Source of the DNA: Phoronis australis
Taxonomy: Eukaryota; Animalia; Phoronida
NCBI GenBank assembly: GCA_002633005.1
Contig: NMRA01000194.1
Coordinates: 1 to 64,000 of the forward strand
Direction: 5' to 3'
Length of the DNA: 64,000 nt
Below, piece by piece: positions 11,105 through 23,169 of the stretch. Position numbers and translations under genes: made by a program. Under the pieces are notes generated by a model. That model was not told the origin of the DNA and searched no databases. It saw nothing but the letters and a program-made list of their open reading frames with translations. Every line of letters starts with the position of its first letter. Within the stretch, counting starts at the first letter, position 1.

Positions 11105-13533
11105 GTTTGAGGGCTGCACCGTACCTGAATTGACAAAAATTGGTTTCTGCAGCTCAGCATAATCTTAATTCCCATCCAGTGCAGATCTGTTGTCAAAGCC
11201 TAGTACTTTCTATATCGGACACAACGAACAAAGCCTTTGAAAAGGAACAGCTTTTTTAAAGAAAGGTACGTAAATCGTTTTGTTAAATTTACTTATTCAA
11301 GTCCTTAACGAGGGATTGGCATAGGGGGTTGGGATTATAAAATTTGGTGCAACTGAATGTGTGGAAGCATAGGCGGATTTAGGGGGGCCCAGGGGGCCCG
11401 CCCCCCGCCTTGGCTGCCGCAAAAAATATAACAGCAAGAGCGTAGGGAAATGTTGAATTTATTAATTAACCCCGGTAATTAAAATGCGTAAAATACGGCT
11501 GAAACAAGATTTAAATGTGTGCAGTTGTAATGTTTTTTTTTGGGGGGGGGGCTCAGATCCAATTTCAAGTGTCAAATTCGGAACACGGCGCAATTGTAAC
11601 GGAACTATGGCTAAGTATAGGCTCTCCCGCGATATCTCAGGCGACCGGCAGTGGCGCTGGGCACTACGTCTCCGTTTCTGTCGTCTGCTCCACTGTGCTT
11701 TTTTAAAGAAACTGGAATTTGAGTGATGGTGAAAAAACAGAAGCTGCTGGTAAGGTGTCAATTTTAATCGAAGCTTTAATGAATCACTCAGAAACTCATA
11801 ATTCTCTCTTTGTCAAACCTTAACTTAAAAGACGATTTCCAAAGCAATCGCGTCATTATTGCCAACACAAAAAACGGATTTGGCCTTTTGGGCAATTGAA
11901 GACTATTTTAAATACAACAAATTTGTTACGAACTGATTGCACAAAAAACATGTAACAAGCATTACAAAAAGGAGTTTTCGCGCGCAAACGCTATGGATCA
12001 TAAATAAGTAGGTCTCTTAGTGTTAAAGGAGGAGTTAAATCGTGGTGGTGCAGTGGTAAAGCACGTGCGCTCTACTAGCAAGGTCGTGAGTGCGAATCCG
12101 TAGTACTTCATTTCTTGCTGGTTGATACATTCTTCGTATTTTTTTTTTTTGCCTTTTTTTCTTGGATAATACTTCGGGAATCAAGGAAAATGCTTGATTT
12201 TTAGAGGAAAAATTTTCTTGGAGGGAGGAGGCAAACCCCCCTCCCGATATCCCCCCATTCGGTGCTATGCACATCTACAATCGTGCTTGGACGAAATGTT
12301 TACAGACAAAATGTTGCCCCCCCCTTGTGATATCCTAGATCCGCCACTGGAAAGTAACAGGTAATACATGTTCATGTCTGGGGGAAAGAGCATGGTAAGG
12401 TAATTCTCAACCGTCATGAAGTTCCTTCAAGTTTAATTCATGAAACTTTTATGCTATCAATATTGTAAAGCCATAAAAATATATGACATTTTCTGAATTC
12501 TCAGTGAATGAATAGTCTTAACTCGCGTCTTGAAATGTTGCAAGTCGTTTACAAATTCAAATGACTGCAATTTTTGTGAAAATTGCATTTTTGATGGTGC
12601 CTTACGATTTGTAATTACTGTTAAACAACAGAAAGATTATCCATCATTTTTAAATGACCCAAGTCTTCATATCTTCTACTAGAAGAAAAATAAAAAGTCT
12701 GAGAAACGGTTCCCTCAGCCTTTGACTAGAAGTTTGCTTGACAGACCCATGAATCTGTAATCGGAGTTTAAAATTGCTGAAAGTATCAAAAATAAAAAGG
12801 CTTGAAGTTGTCGCAAAGAAACTTGTATGTTTTGCAGACAAGTGATGCGTTTAAAGAATTGTTATGGCTGCGAATGAAAAATAAAGACACAGTTTTATGC
12901 AATACTTATTATAAACACCATTGGTTTCTGAAATAGTAATTATTTAATTTTATGTGAAATTGTAGAGCAGTCACCATTTCATAGTTTTGAAAAACAGGGG
13001 TAACATTTTTTGACCCAACCTGGAGTAATTATTCATATTTCAATATTCGTTCCAGGTTCAGTGATATTTTAAGGCCACTTCAAGCCGCAACATAGACAAG
13101 CTTTGTTACTCCGTTCTCTTCCCACAGCACTTCCGCACACCAGCAGTGATGCATGGCACAATGTAAAAGTCAGTGGCCCTGGATAAATGTGAATCGCAGT
13201 ACTAAGTTACCATAGACAATGTGTCAGTGGATTGTTTGTGTATGAAGAGGAAATATATCTGACTGCGACACAAGTAAGCCTCGTCGGTGAAGATGCCCTT
13301 TATGGGCAATGAGTCATGTGTGGACAATAGCTTACATGCATTTCCTTTCCTAGAAGAAACATGAGGGACTGAAGCTAAAGAAGACCTAGTTCAGGGTCCG
13401 ATTCAAGTGATATGTTGTTGTGTTTACCTTCAAGAGTCTAATTGTTGATGTTATTGAGGCTGAATAAGGTTACGTGAAAGAAAGCCACATGCCGGAACTG
13501 GACCATTTTTACAAGCGTTTCTATAGGCCATTG
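11105..13533 (+). pseudogene. Decayed SWIM-finger / YqaJ (lambda exonuclease-like) transposon gene, interrupted by a hAT insertion
   Basis: Fragments in order: KAFEK/SFFKERYV (~11231-11275); IIKFGATECVE|VTGNTCSCLG joined across the hAT; after the acceptor at 13127, HFRTPAVMHG, SGLFVYEEEIYLTAT, LVGED, LKLKKT, VQG, VVVFTFKS, MPELDHFYKRFYRPL. Many stops and frameshifts. Confidence 0.6.
11368..12349. mobile_element. 982-bp hAT-like non-autonomous element with 5-bp TSD; inverted copy at 33278-34115
   Basis: Termini CATAGGCGGAT...ATCCGCCACTG; flanks GGAAG/GAAAG; embedded tRNA-like segment at 12042-12100. Confidence 0.85.
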
Positions 13534-15224
13534 AAACTAGATCCCAGTGAAATTAAAACCAAAACCATCTGGTATAAATACCTGTCCTTTCTCATTGAGT
13601 GACATTAACTTTTACTTTCAGAAGAAAGGCTTTATATTAATGGTAAAACCTTTTCAATTTCGTACACATTATGGCTAAATGACATTCAGTGACTGTATCG
13701 ATTGTCTTATTGTCAGTAGAAAGCCCGTTAATGTTACACTTGGTTGATCAAATTTATTTTTAATCAACAGGTAAGTTTGTCGAAACCAAAATATTTCTTC
13801 AGTTTTAAAGCCCCCTACAGTGCAGTTGTACTTATTCTTGATGAAGCTGAAGCGATTACCGATACGCTTGCGAATTGTCATTTTCCTGTTGACCTATAGA
13901 AATGTCCAGCGATCAAAATGAAGTATTAATTTTGTTTGCATTTGATTTGTTTGTGTGTGTTATTATTTTTAGAGCGTTTTCAAGAATGCTTTTGAACAAT
14001 TTTATGGTTTGTGTTAACTTGTCTATGAACAAAAGTTCCACATACATGTACAAGGAATGTTTTCAATTGTAGCTAGCTGGATAAGTATCTGCTACGCACA
14101 AAATTCCAGAACAAACAATTATCAGTGTATTTAAAAACAAAATGGCAAACTGAAAAAGCTCATACATACAAAGAAACAACATTGCAATGGAGTCCATAAT
14201 CAGGCATATCAAGTGCTGAATTTCTGAATTAGGTTCATTTCGCTCAGGTTTTTGCTGAAGGATTGCTTTTCACTTTGTCCAAAGGTAAAATAGATGGTCA
14301 GTAGGTTGGTTTCAGTTGTTTTCTCTCACCTGTAACAGAATAGCGGGAGAAATATTAGCAAATTATAAAAGAAAACACAAGACAAACTACTTTTGTATGG
14401 CAGAACATACTTGATGCTTCATCTTCATGTTTATATGTAGAAACTAATAATCTTTGTACCCAAGTCTTATTTAATATCTGAATTAAAATATGTGAAACAG
14501 GCTAAAATTGATTTAACATTTGTATTTTTCATGACACTTAAAATGTGCTTCTGATCTCAACAAGCAAAATTCATTCTATGTGTAAATTTTTATTCCAATG
14601 CAATGATACAACATTTACTGAATTAAGGCTTATTCATGTTAATTCGGTAACTAATCTGGTAGTCCTGGGTGCGGGGTCCGCTATAAAATAAGGAAACTCA
14701 CTCACTCATCTAGAGAATTTTATTGGACACAGCATATTCTTGAAGAGAAATTACTGTGAAAAAGTCACCCTTGACTTCTGAGTGTCACGTACCACACACT
14801 TCTTATATTGAGCGCACTCCTACCCAGGACAATATCAATATGTGCTGCTAGCCTACCCGGCATCCGAGTCCCGGGTGAGTTTCCGAAAAGAAACACTCCA
14901 CTCAATAAACCCGTTATTCAGTGGGATAACTGGTGGGGATAACATCACCGAACGATATCGATAGAAACTGATTGCTTAAAACTTACCAAGTAAATGGAAA
15001 TGCATAGAGTACACAAGGGGCTTCAGCATTCACACACTTTTTGTCAGTTGGTTGACCCTTTTGACTGCAATTGTCTACGAATATAGTAACCTTAGGTCTT
15101 TTGGAAATTTGTGGCCACCTGTTGAAGACTTGCGCCACTTGTAATAAGGCTTAGCGCGACGACGTATTTTGATATTAATTCCATCTGTTACCAGTTGTCT
15201 ACATGCAGACAGGGACGCAGGCGC

Positions 15225-17227
15225 AATTGCGGAGTTGCAACCGAATCGATTTAACGATTGCGCATGTCCGGAAATTAGGGTGCGCAAAGGCTATTGGTAT
15301 TGATTAGGGTATGTGGAATGGCCGATTGGTTTGCACGACGTGTGATTTGCGTGCATTAAACTACGTTGCTGTATGTAATTCTGCCGCCATTCGCCCTAAT
15401 AAGCGCCCATGCCCCAATAAGTGCCCCAACGCGTTTTCAGACTTCGCTGAAGTAAGCGCCCAGCCCATGAACTACATGCGAAAAATGCCTTGCCTACAGT
15501 TCTAACGTCTCAATTGAAAGATCCGACAGTCCTGAATTTGTAGACCACGAGCCTCACCGTTGTTTCCGTATACACTTCAAACTTACGCCGCGATTCAAAA
15601 TGAACGCAAAAGTTTTGCTGCTCTTGCGAGGGATGCGCTTCACTATGCGGGTCTGGACTTTGAAAACAGACGCAGCGTACTTGTCAGCGGGATTGCATTG
15701 TTTCTTTCCGGTACAGATCTTCTTCCGCCTCAACAGGAATCCAAACTTCTTTGTACACGTGAAAACCGTGAATCGAAGACTAATAAGAAAAAGTATTAGC
15801 ACGCGGCCAAGAAGCACGCGCTGCATAATGTTCCGGCTGTCATCCAAGACATTTAGTTGGGAACTATCTATTCATGAAAGGGGTAACATAGCATCGGCAA
15901 GAAATAAATATTGGCACTAGTTTCCGAAAGTTTCTAATACCGTAAAAAAACTTTTGCACTATTTTTAAGAGAAATCATTTAACTAATCATAATTGGTGTT
16001 TTTAAAGTCAAAATGACCCACTAATATAAGTGAACACATTCGCACCCTACACCCCTAATCTTCCGGAAAATAGCTGTTACACTACGGTCACGCATCCACA
16101 CACCCGGCGACTCAATGAATGACATATCGGTCTTACCGAAACAATTCTCGAACGCTGGTTTAGCAGATGAGGCCAGCAAGTGCTAAGCTAAATATTATGG
16201 CTCTGCTTAACTGCTTGAGTTAATTTCTTTGGATACAATGCACACCTAGATCATTACATCGCATTTACTGTGGCAAATGAACTCTGATGACAAGCACACG
16301 CACGCTTACTCTCGCACTCACGCATACAAACTTCAAAACAAATGTCACGTGGCAACAACATGTGTGTTCCCGGCTCCAGAGATTTTTCTCGTGTTGTGGG
16401 CTACAATCCAAATTTTGACTTAATCTGCAGTTAATCCAGACCCCACAAGAACTTAAAAATCTTAGACACGCTATTTGGAAAACTTGAGGAGGATTTCAGG
16501 TAATTTGTTGAGTCGAAGCTGTATTTTTATTCAAGAATTCAAGCTCTATCGACGATTGCGAGACTGGCAGCTACGCATTTGTCGGCGAGATTTCGCCCTG
16601 GGATTTCAGCACAATTTTCTGAAAAACGACCGTAATTTAACAACGAATTTTGATAGCAATGCACCACAATTTTGTAGAAAGTAAACAATAATATTCTGCA
16701 CGCTTTATCTTACCGCGTTAATGCACATAGTGTGCGTACGTTGCGAGTCGACCCAGAACACGTGATTGTGTGGAGGCATTATCCTCAAAATTGCTCATGT
16801 TGGCTTGGTTCTGGTCAAGCGAAAACAAGTTTTTTTTACTACCATCCGCCTTGGAGTATTTGTTACTGTTTCTTTCAAGGGAAAAATTGTTGGGCAGTTT
16901 CCAAGATACGTTTTCTTGCCGCCCTCAAAATGAGCGCTGCATACTTTATGCTACGAAGTCGAAAAAAATTCACTAAGTCGACCTTTGCTACCAGCTCTAC
17001 CGATGTGCCTGACCCATGTTTAAAGCAGTTTTTGATCCTTGGGAAACAGGTAGTAACTAAATTCTTTATCTCGCTAACTGGTATTATAGCAGCCAGTCAC
17101 ACAACACGCGTAAAACCTCCCTGTGGCCGGTTCGCCCCCACGCTTGCCGACGTACTTGTTTACCGGATTAACCACAATGCACTATTATGACCCATTTCCA
17201 ATATGGCGGCGTTGTCACTCCGCTATT
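15225..17227. mobile_element. 2.0-kb version of the 4990-5206 MITE (same ends, ~1.8 kb extra interior)
   Basis: 15225-15324 and 17109-17227 are the two reverse-complemented halves of 4990-5206, including both TIRs. Confidence 0.7.
15540..15800 (-). pseudogene. HIRAN-like domain remnant next to a CCGTA-type terminus (15384-15492)
   Basis: SSIHGFHVYKEVWIPVEAEEDLYRKE / frameshift / CNPADKYAASVFKVQTRIVKRIPRKSSKTFAFILNRG fits the RG(Y/F)HVYK..W.P..GE.L...E..N..D.YAV.V...VG..P pattern. Confidence 0.6.
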
Positions 17228-18261
17228 CAATCACCACTAGTACAGCAGCGACACAGCGAGAAGAATTCTCCAAATAGCCCCATTGTTCTGGTACAGAGGT
17301 ATCGGTGAACAAAGAATTTCGTTACTTTTGGGAAAGCCCCTAAAATATAGGGGAAAGGGTCATTCATTATGACTCTGCACCATTGCGAATACTATAATAT
17401 GTGTAAAATGAACCATGTGTATGTTATTTCGTCAAATAGTAAGTAGGGACACATATACGAAATATCTTTTTGTTCGCTCTCATCGATAAACGTTTTAAGA
17501 AATACAGCTAGTTTTTAACCAAAGTGGCATGAACTGATTTGTGTTTGTTTCTGTGTGCACTTGCAAAATGTCGTTAATATGAGGAAAGCTTAATTTTGAA
17601 AATCAACACGTGTTATTATTAAAGGCAAACACCGCAGTAGAAAAGTATGTTGTTGTGTATTCATCATTCCACATATTGTCATGAACAGCCTTCTCCCTAA
17701 TTACAAATGGAATGTTTTATCACACATAGTCTCGATTTGCAATAAGAAAACAGATGGAACCATTAAATATTTTGCTCGGTCAAGACAAAAAGTTGAGATA
17801 TTATTTCAAGTTATCTAATCCTTATGCAGGAGGATAAGCCTATCTACAGCACCTAACGTTGGGTTTTACCTCTATGACAATACTGTCTTAACCTCATGTG
17901 ATAGCAAAAATAAGTAAACGTCCCAATATTCATATACCATAAATATACACCAGTCTAAATTAATATTAACAGTTTTGTGTGGATAAGATACATAAACTGT
18001 GTCGAGTAAGCTTGTGTGCATCAAACAGAGGTTCTACTATACATGCATGGAGTTGAAGTTGCGCAGTGAAGGACGCACTTTCAAATCTGACGGGAAACTT
18101 GCCGATTCTGTGAAAAGTATCATCCACAGTGCAGGTAGACAAACGTCGTGTATCTTGGGCGCTTTCCGTGGTCGCCCACGAAACACTTTCGGGCAGAAAT
18201 CTTGTTGCGGCACACCTTCAATGTTTATTGGCCCTTTTGTTAATCAAACCTGTCCGTGGTA

Positions 18262-18576
18262 TTATCCGAAGTAACGGTACGTATATAAGAAACCAGTAAA
18301 GTAGAGAATAATTATAATGACGACAAGGACTACGGTTACGATCATGCCGGCCACGCTAAGCCACATAGACACGCGCCCCTTGCTCCTCGCACCCTCCATG
18401 TCGCCGCTAGAGTACGCGTTGTCTGACATGATGGAAAAGACGATGGCGATGAGACCCAGTATCCAGTTGCACATCAGGCAGACGAAGATGGCCAAGCCAA
18501 GATAATTGGGTGGTTTCACTGCCTGAGTCACAATGACCGTTGACTGAGGCGGCTGAGTTACCACGACGTGGCTTGG
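18262..18576 (-). CDS. Dispanin/CD225-family gene A, last coding exon (CD225 domain)
   Basis: Acceptor TATTTCAG ends at 18577; phase 0; PSHVVV...KPPNYLGLAIFVCLMCNWILGLIAIVFS...GDMEGARSKG...LYFTG...*. Two hydrophobic segments. Confidence 0.93.
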   Translation of the reverse strand, partial: PSHVVVTQPPQSTVIVTQAVKPPNYLGLAIFVCLMCNWILGLIAIVFSIMSDNAYSSGDMEGARSKGRVSMWLSVAGMIVTVVLVVIIIILYFTGFLYTYRYFG

Positions 18577-19919
18577 CTGAAATATATGAAACACGAGTAA
18601 ATTATAACCACTCGAATCACTCCATCAATAACTTGACGCTTTGTATGACAGAAAGTTCAGATTTATTTTAACAACCAGAAGGCGCACTAGTCTTTTTATA
18701 GAAGGCCAAAACATATGGCTGTGAACGCTGGGAAAAAGAAGGAAGACCAAAAAACACGCACATGCACGCAAACGCACACACGAACTGGCACGCGCATATG
18801 CACTTGCACAACCGTCGTTTCCCCGAGTATCGAAAAGCTTTATAGAATATTAAGATCTTCATGCTAAACCTATTTTAGCGGATATTTCTATGTACCTAGC
18901 ACCTGACAATTTTTAGAGAAACTGTTAGTCGGAGGGTCATCGTCAGCATGTTGTTTTGATCAGTGAGAATGTTCCCGACTGTTGAATTATACAAAACCTG
19001 CTACTATTGTCGCATCAGTCAAAGCTTTCAAGAGACTTTCGGAAATTTTACAAAATACCCTCGTGGACATACGTGGGCTTGACTCCATCAACTATCACAA
19101 CATCATTGACAAGTTGGAGGAGAGAAAGGCACGGAAGAGGGCGATTTGAACATTTTTGGACAACTTGAAACTCCACTTTCTTCTGCAGTCACATTTTTGT
19201 CCATTCTTGTAAACTTTGTAAATTTATATTCATATGTTTCGTAACGAGTCTAATGGTTTCAAGAAAAGGGAGTCGGTTAAGGTAATTCTTATTCCTAACA
19301 AGGCTACGTGAGAAGTCGTAGTTAAGTCATATAAACTGAAACAAACTTTTTTTGCCTGAATGGCATGCAGGGGGGTGAATTTTGGAATTGTTGCCCCCTA
19401 AAACCTGGCTACGCCACTGGTCACATTTGCATTCTTTGAAAGTTCTTTAACCAAAACGACTTCCTCTAAATTAATTTTTTGTCACAATTTTGCAAACATT
19501 TTTTTAATAGAATGGATTTTAAGTCACAAAATTGAACAGTCAGTATAATCTACATGTATGCTGTGCTCTCGGACGCCACAGAACCACAGAATTCTCGCCA
19601 GGTCCCACCTACAATCACTAGTTATTTTGCGTTTTGGTGAATATGTGGCGTCATATGCACAAGAGTAGACCTACTTGGGAAGTGTTTTCTGGCTGGGTTC
19701 CTTTTTTCAAATTACTTGGGATTTACATTACGATGTCAAAAAACATTTGCACAAAATTGACCAATGATGCTCGTAACAGGTACATCAATCATGTGATGTT
19801 GTCAGACGGGTCGTCCGTTTTTACTCATCGTCTTCTTTACGCACTTTGTAACGTGTCAGATTTTGAATGACATCCGTGTCCAAGATTGAAATGAAATATC
19901 AAGACAGCGTTGCACGCAC

Positions 19920-20033
19920 CTGGTAATTTCCCGGTGGCATTTGTGATACGGTGTAGCCCTGTCCGTAAGGTTGCGGCTGGTTTCCGTAAGGGTCCTGCAC
20001 TCCGTAGCCAGGATATGGGCCCTTTTGTTCCAT
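19920..20033 (-). CDS. Dispanin/CD225-family gene A, first coding exon (38 aa, P/G/Y/Q-rich; not in ORF track)
   Basis: MEQKGPYPGYGVQDPYGNQPQPYGQGYTVSQMPPGNYQ|GTGCGT; phase 0 matches the next exon; upstream acceptor CTCTTTTAACAG; CACGCA-ATG context identical to gene B. Confidence 0.88.
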
Positions 20034-20124
20034 TGCGTGCGTTGACACCTATTCTGTTAAAAGAGAACGTGTACAGATATCAGTGAACACATACGCTAGC
20101 CATCACTAAAAGTAGTATCTCAGA

Positions 20125-20824
20125 CAGTGCAGGATTAAGCAATATTGCGTAGCGTAAGTCGAAGCGCGGGGCTCCCTACTTAAATGCTCATAAAATGATT
20201 ATCACCAAGCAAAAACCGTGTTATTTTTACCTTTGGGAAGGAAAGCAATTGACACGGCCTCTACATGATGAAAGAGTGTGTTCACTGAGCAACGCATCGA
20301 ATTAGACGATTTCAGCAGTTCACACACCCCTAATCAGGGGCCCCGCGCTTGTTTCATTTGTAATAACAAGAATACTGCATTCGTCAAATATGCATTTCGT
20401 GCAAATTTATTTCTTGCAGATTCTGCCACCCTATATGTTAAGGAGAAACGAAACTCTAAGTTAAGGAATTGTTAACAGACCAAGGAATGCCTGGCGCCTA
20501 TGCGACTCTCTGCACATTTTGGGACCCTCGATTTTGTGTGCACGTCTTTGAACTTAAAAGCTTTGAGCAGCACTGCGTCATCTTCAGTTCTTTGAACATC
20601 GCTTACTCATTGCAGCTCCGTATATATAGAAATTTCTGGAGGTGCCCAAACACGAACTTTCTAAATCGGGTTCGCATCACCTGAGTTCGGTGGTTTCATA
20701 AGCGTACAAACTTGTAATATGCTTAATGGTATGGATGCCTCTAAAAATACTGTGAGCGCGGGACCCTTAAGGACGCGGGGACCGTAGCATACGATACTTC
20801 TGCTACGTTGTTATTCCGGCATTG
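20125..20824. mobile_element. 700-bp hAT-like element with degenerate 8-bp TSD
   Basis: CAGTGCAGGATTAA...TTATTCCGGCATTG; flanks ATCTCAGA / ATCTGAGC. Confidence 0.6.
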
Positions 20825-21424
20825 ATCTGAGCACATAATGTTTTCCAATTAACCAATCAGAATTTATTTTAAACTTCCTGCACACTCGCCTCAAAGTCAC
20901 ATGTTTTTTTTGTTTTTTAAGCGGCTATGCGTCTGTTTTGCATCACAAAAACTAACTTTGTTTTAGAACACTTCATCGTTATGGAATTGATCTCAGTCTG
21001 TTCCCTTGAACACTTGAATATGATAGCAGGTCTTCAAATGTGTCTTAAAACAGAATATTTCACTAATCCACTTTGTTGTGCATTTTCAGAATATATCTTC
21101 GAAACTAAACAACGTTCAGGTTTGCTGTAACCGACACGAGCTCCACAGGTGGCTTGAACAGTATATCAAAATGTCCCAGGGTCAATCAAGTTTTGTAAGG
21201 CCAAAGGCTGCAATAATATATAGAGAGACAATTGATGCTGGGTTCTTAGCGTTTTACGTAAACAACCTCATTGGAAACGTCTGTGCACATCGGAGTTGGG
21301 TGCAAAACACACAACAATTTATTTCAATTGAAACTGAGTTGATAAACATTGCAATGCGTTTTTATGTCGTCTAGAGTAGCTGTAGTTGATTTGATTTCCG
21401 TCTAAACGAAACGTCACGACTTAA

Positions 21425-22388
21425 ACAGTACACACCATGGATTTTTGCACATTTTAAATTACCGGTGGCCACAGACTAAATGTATGACGTAAAATTTAGC
21501 TAAACCCATGTTTATTTTGTGTAATTAACTCGAAATTTTGATTTTTCTTTCAATTTTGCCAATTTTCACATTTCCCGCCATGTGACGTCATGGGTTGAAC
21601 ACAAGATATCAGTGACTAGCATTGAACAATGGCGGAGAGCAGGGAATTTGAAAGTGACGACGATTATGAGCAACAATTGAACGAATACTATGAAGAAAAG
21701 TACGGGAATGATGGCCAGGATGAGGAAATGGGGTTGCACGAAAGCGAGAACAAGTTTAATGTGCTTCCGGCTGCGTACTTTTCTACTTTGAGCCTTATGA
21801 ACTGGATCCTCCCGCGAGAGAAGCGGCCTCGGGCTCGGCGAGTCAACCCAGTCATCCAACAGGCGATCCTGAATTAAGAGCTGGTGTTTCTGAATGATAA
21901 GTATTGTCCTTTATTGAACCAGGCCTTCATGGTAATGTCTCCTGTGACTGGAGTCGAAACACGAGTCCTCAAAGTGGGCAGAACACAGAGTGGCCCCGGA
22001 CCGAATCGCTTGGTCCACGATGACGTCCTACACTCTCGTTCGGCGCACGAAGCCATGCCACTTCTGCGGAATATGGTGTCCTTCGGAACACCGAGACGTT
22101 TTCCGCCTGGCTGCTGTTGCTGCAGCCTCCGGAAACACATCTTTTGATCCCTCTACGAACCTTCTCGACGCTAAATATACTTTGCTTTCTCTTCACTCTA
22201 TACACTTTGTCTCTGATCCAAACAGTATGGCGAATGACTTGGGTTCAACCCATGACGTTGTACATAACTATTATTTTTTCAATTTTTGCGTGTTTCTTTA
22301 TGAGCTGTGCACTAAAGGCACTGAAATCAAGTAAGATATAATAATAAAATTTATTTTGAGGTACTAGAGTCATGTTGTGTACACGGCT
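21425..22388 (+). mobile_element. 964-bp Kolobok-type deletion derivative with convergent KolX-like (+, 21629-21900) and THAP (-, ~22150-21915) N-termini
   Basis: TTAA on both flanks (21421-21424, 22389-22392); TIR core GTACACACCATG / CATGTTGTGTAC; coding remnants described in findings. Confidence 0.85.
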
Positions 22389-22684
22389 TTAAGGGCCTCA
22401 TTCAAAATGGCCGGCGATATCACAACTCCCCTTACGGAGACAAACAAGGATTAAGATTGGCAAAAAGTATCTTTGTGAAGGCTAATATGTGTACATCACC
22501 TCACATGAGCTAACGGACATTGGATAGTTTGACAATCAGCTGCTTTTTATGCTTATATTCACAACATAAGGTCACCGGTGTCTGTGTATTGCCAACTTGA
22601 GCTGACATTTAATATATAGTGAAGCTTCACAATTTTCCCCTACAACAGGTGTGTGAGATTTTTTAAATACAAACCTGAGCTGAC

Positions 22685-22800
22685 TTTCGTAGACACAAGA
22701 ATCTCGATAAGGAATTAGCTAGTGTCATAACGTGCTATGTTTGTAATACATGGCGATATCTTGTGAAATATTGCGTCACGAGGTTCTCGTGTCTACGGAA
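22685..22800. repeat. Small inverted-repeat element
   Basis: TTCGTAGACACAAGAATCTCG ... CGAGGTTCTCGTGTCTACGGAA. Confidence 0.55.
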
Positions 22801-23169
22801 TGTACGTCAGAAAATGCTACCGTTTCACCACGTGTCACGTTGCTGTTGTTGAACAATGCTGTTGACGTCATGCAGACAATCAAACCTGGGACTTAAAATT
22901 TCATAAAAGGGACCACGGGTTGCTGATATGTCTTAATAATATACGTTGAGCTAACGTGATCGCAATTTTTATACTCGCTGTCAGTCGAAGAAACTAATTT
23001 TTATTTATTCTTCTTAAAGCTATGACATTGGTTTCCGCGTAATCTTTACTCAAATGAAAACTAATTTTTGGGTCTTACAAAAAACTGAAAGGTCTTTATT
23101 CCACAAGACCACGAAATGACACGCCGTGACAAGTTAACTTGTAGAACCTGGTCAATAATGAGCAGTTCT

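Noticed and set aside
18577-18594. ORF-track starts at 18594 and 42296, and the extension of the 39293 ORF to 39625
   Set aside because: These extensions are intronic; splice sites and paralogue comparison define the exon limits.
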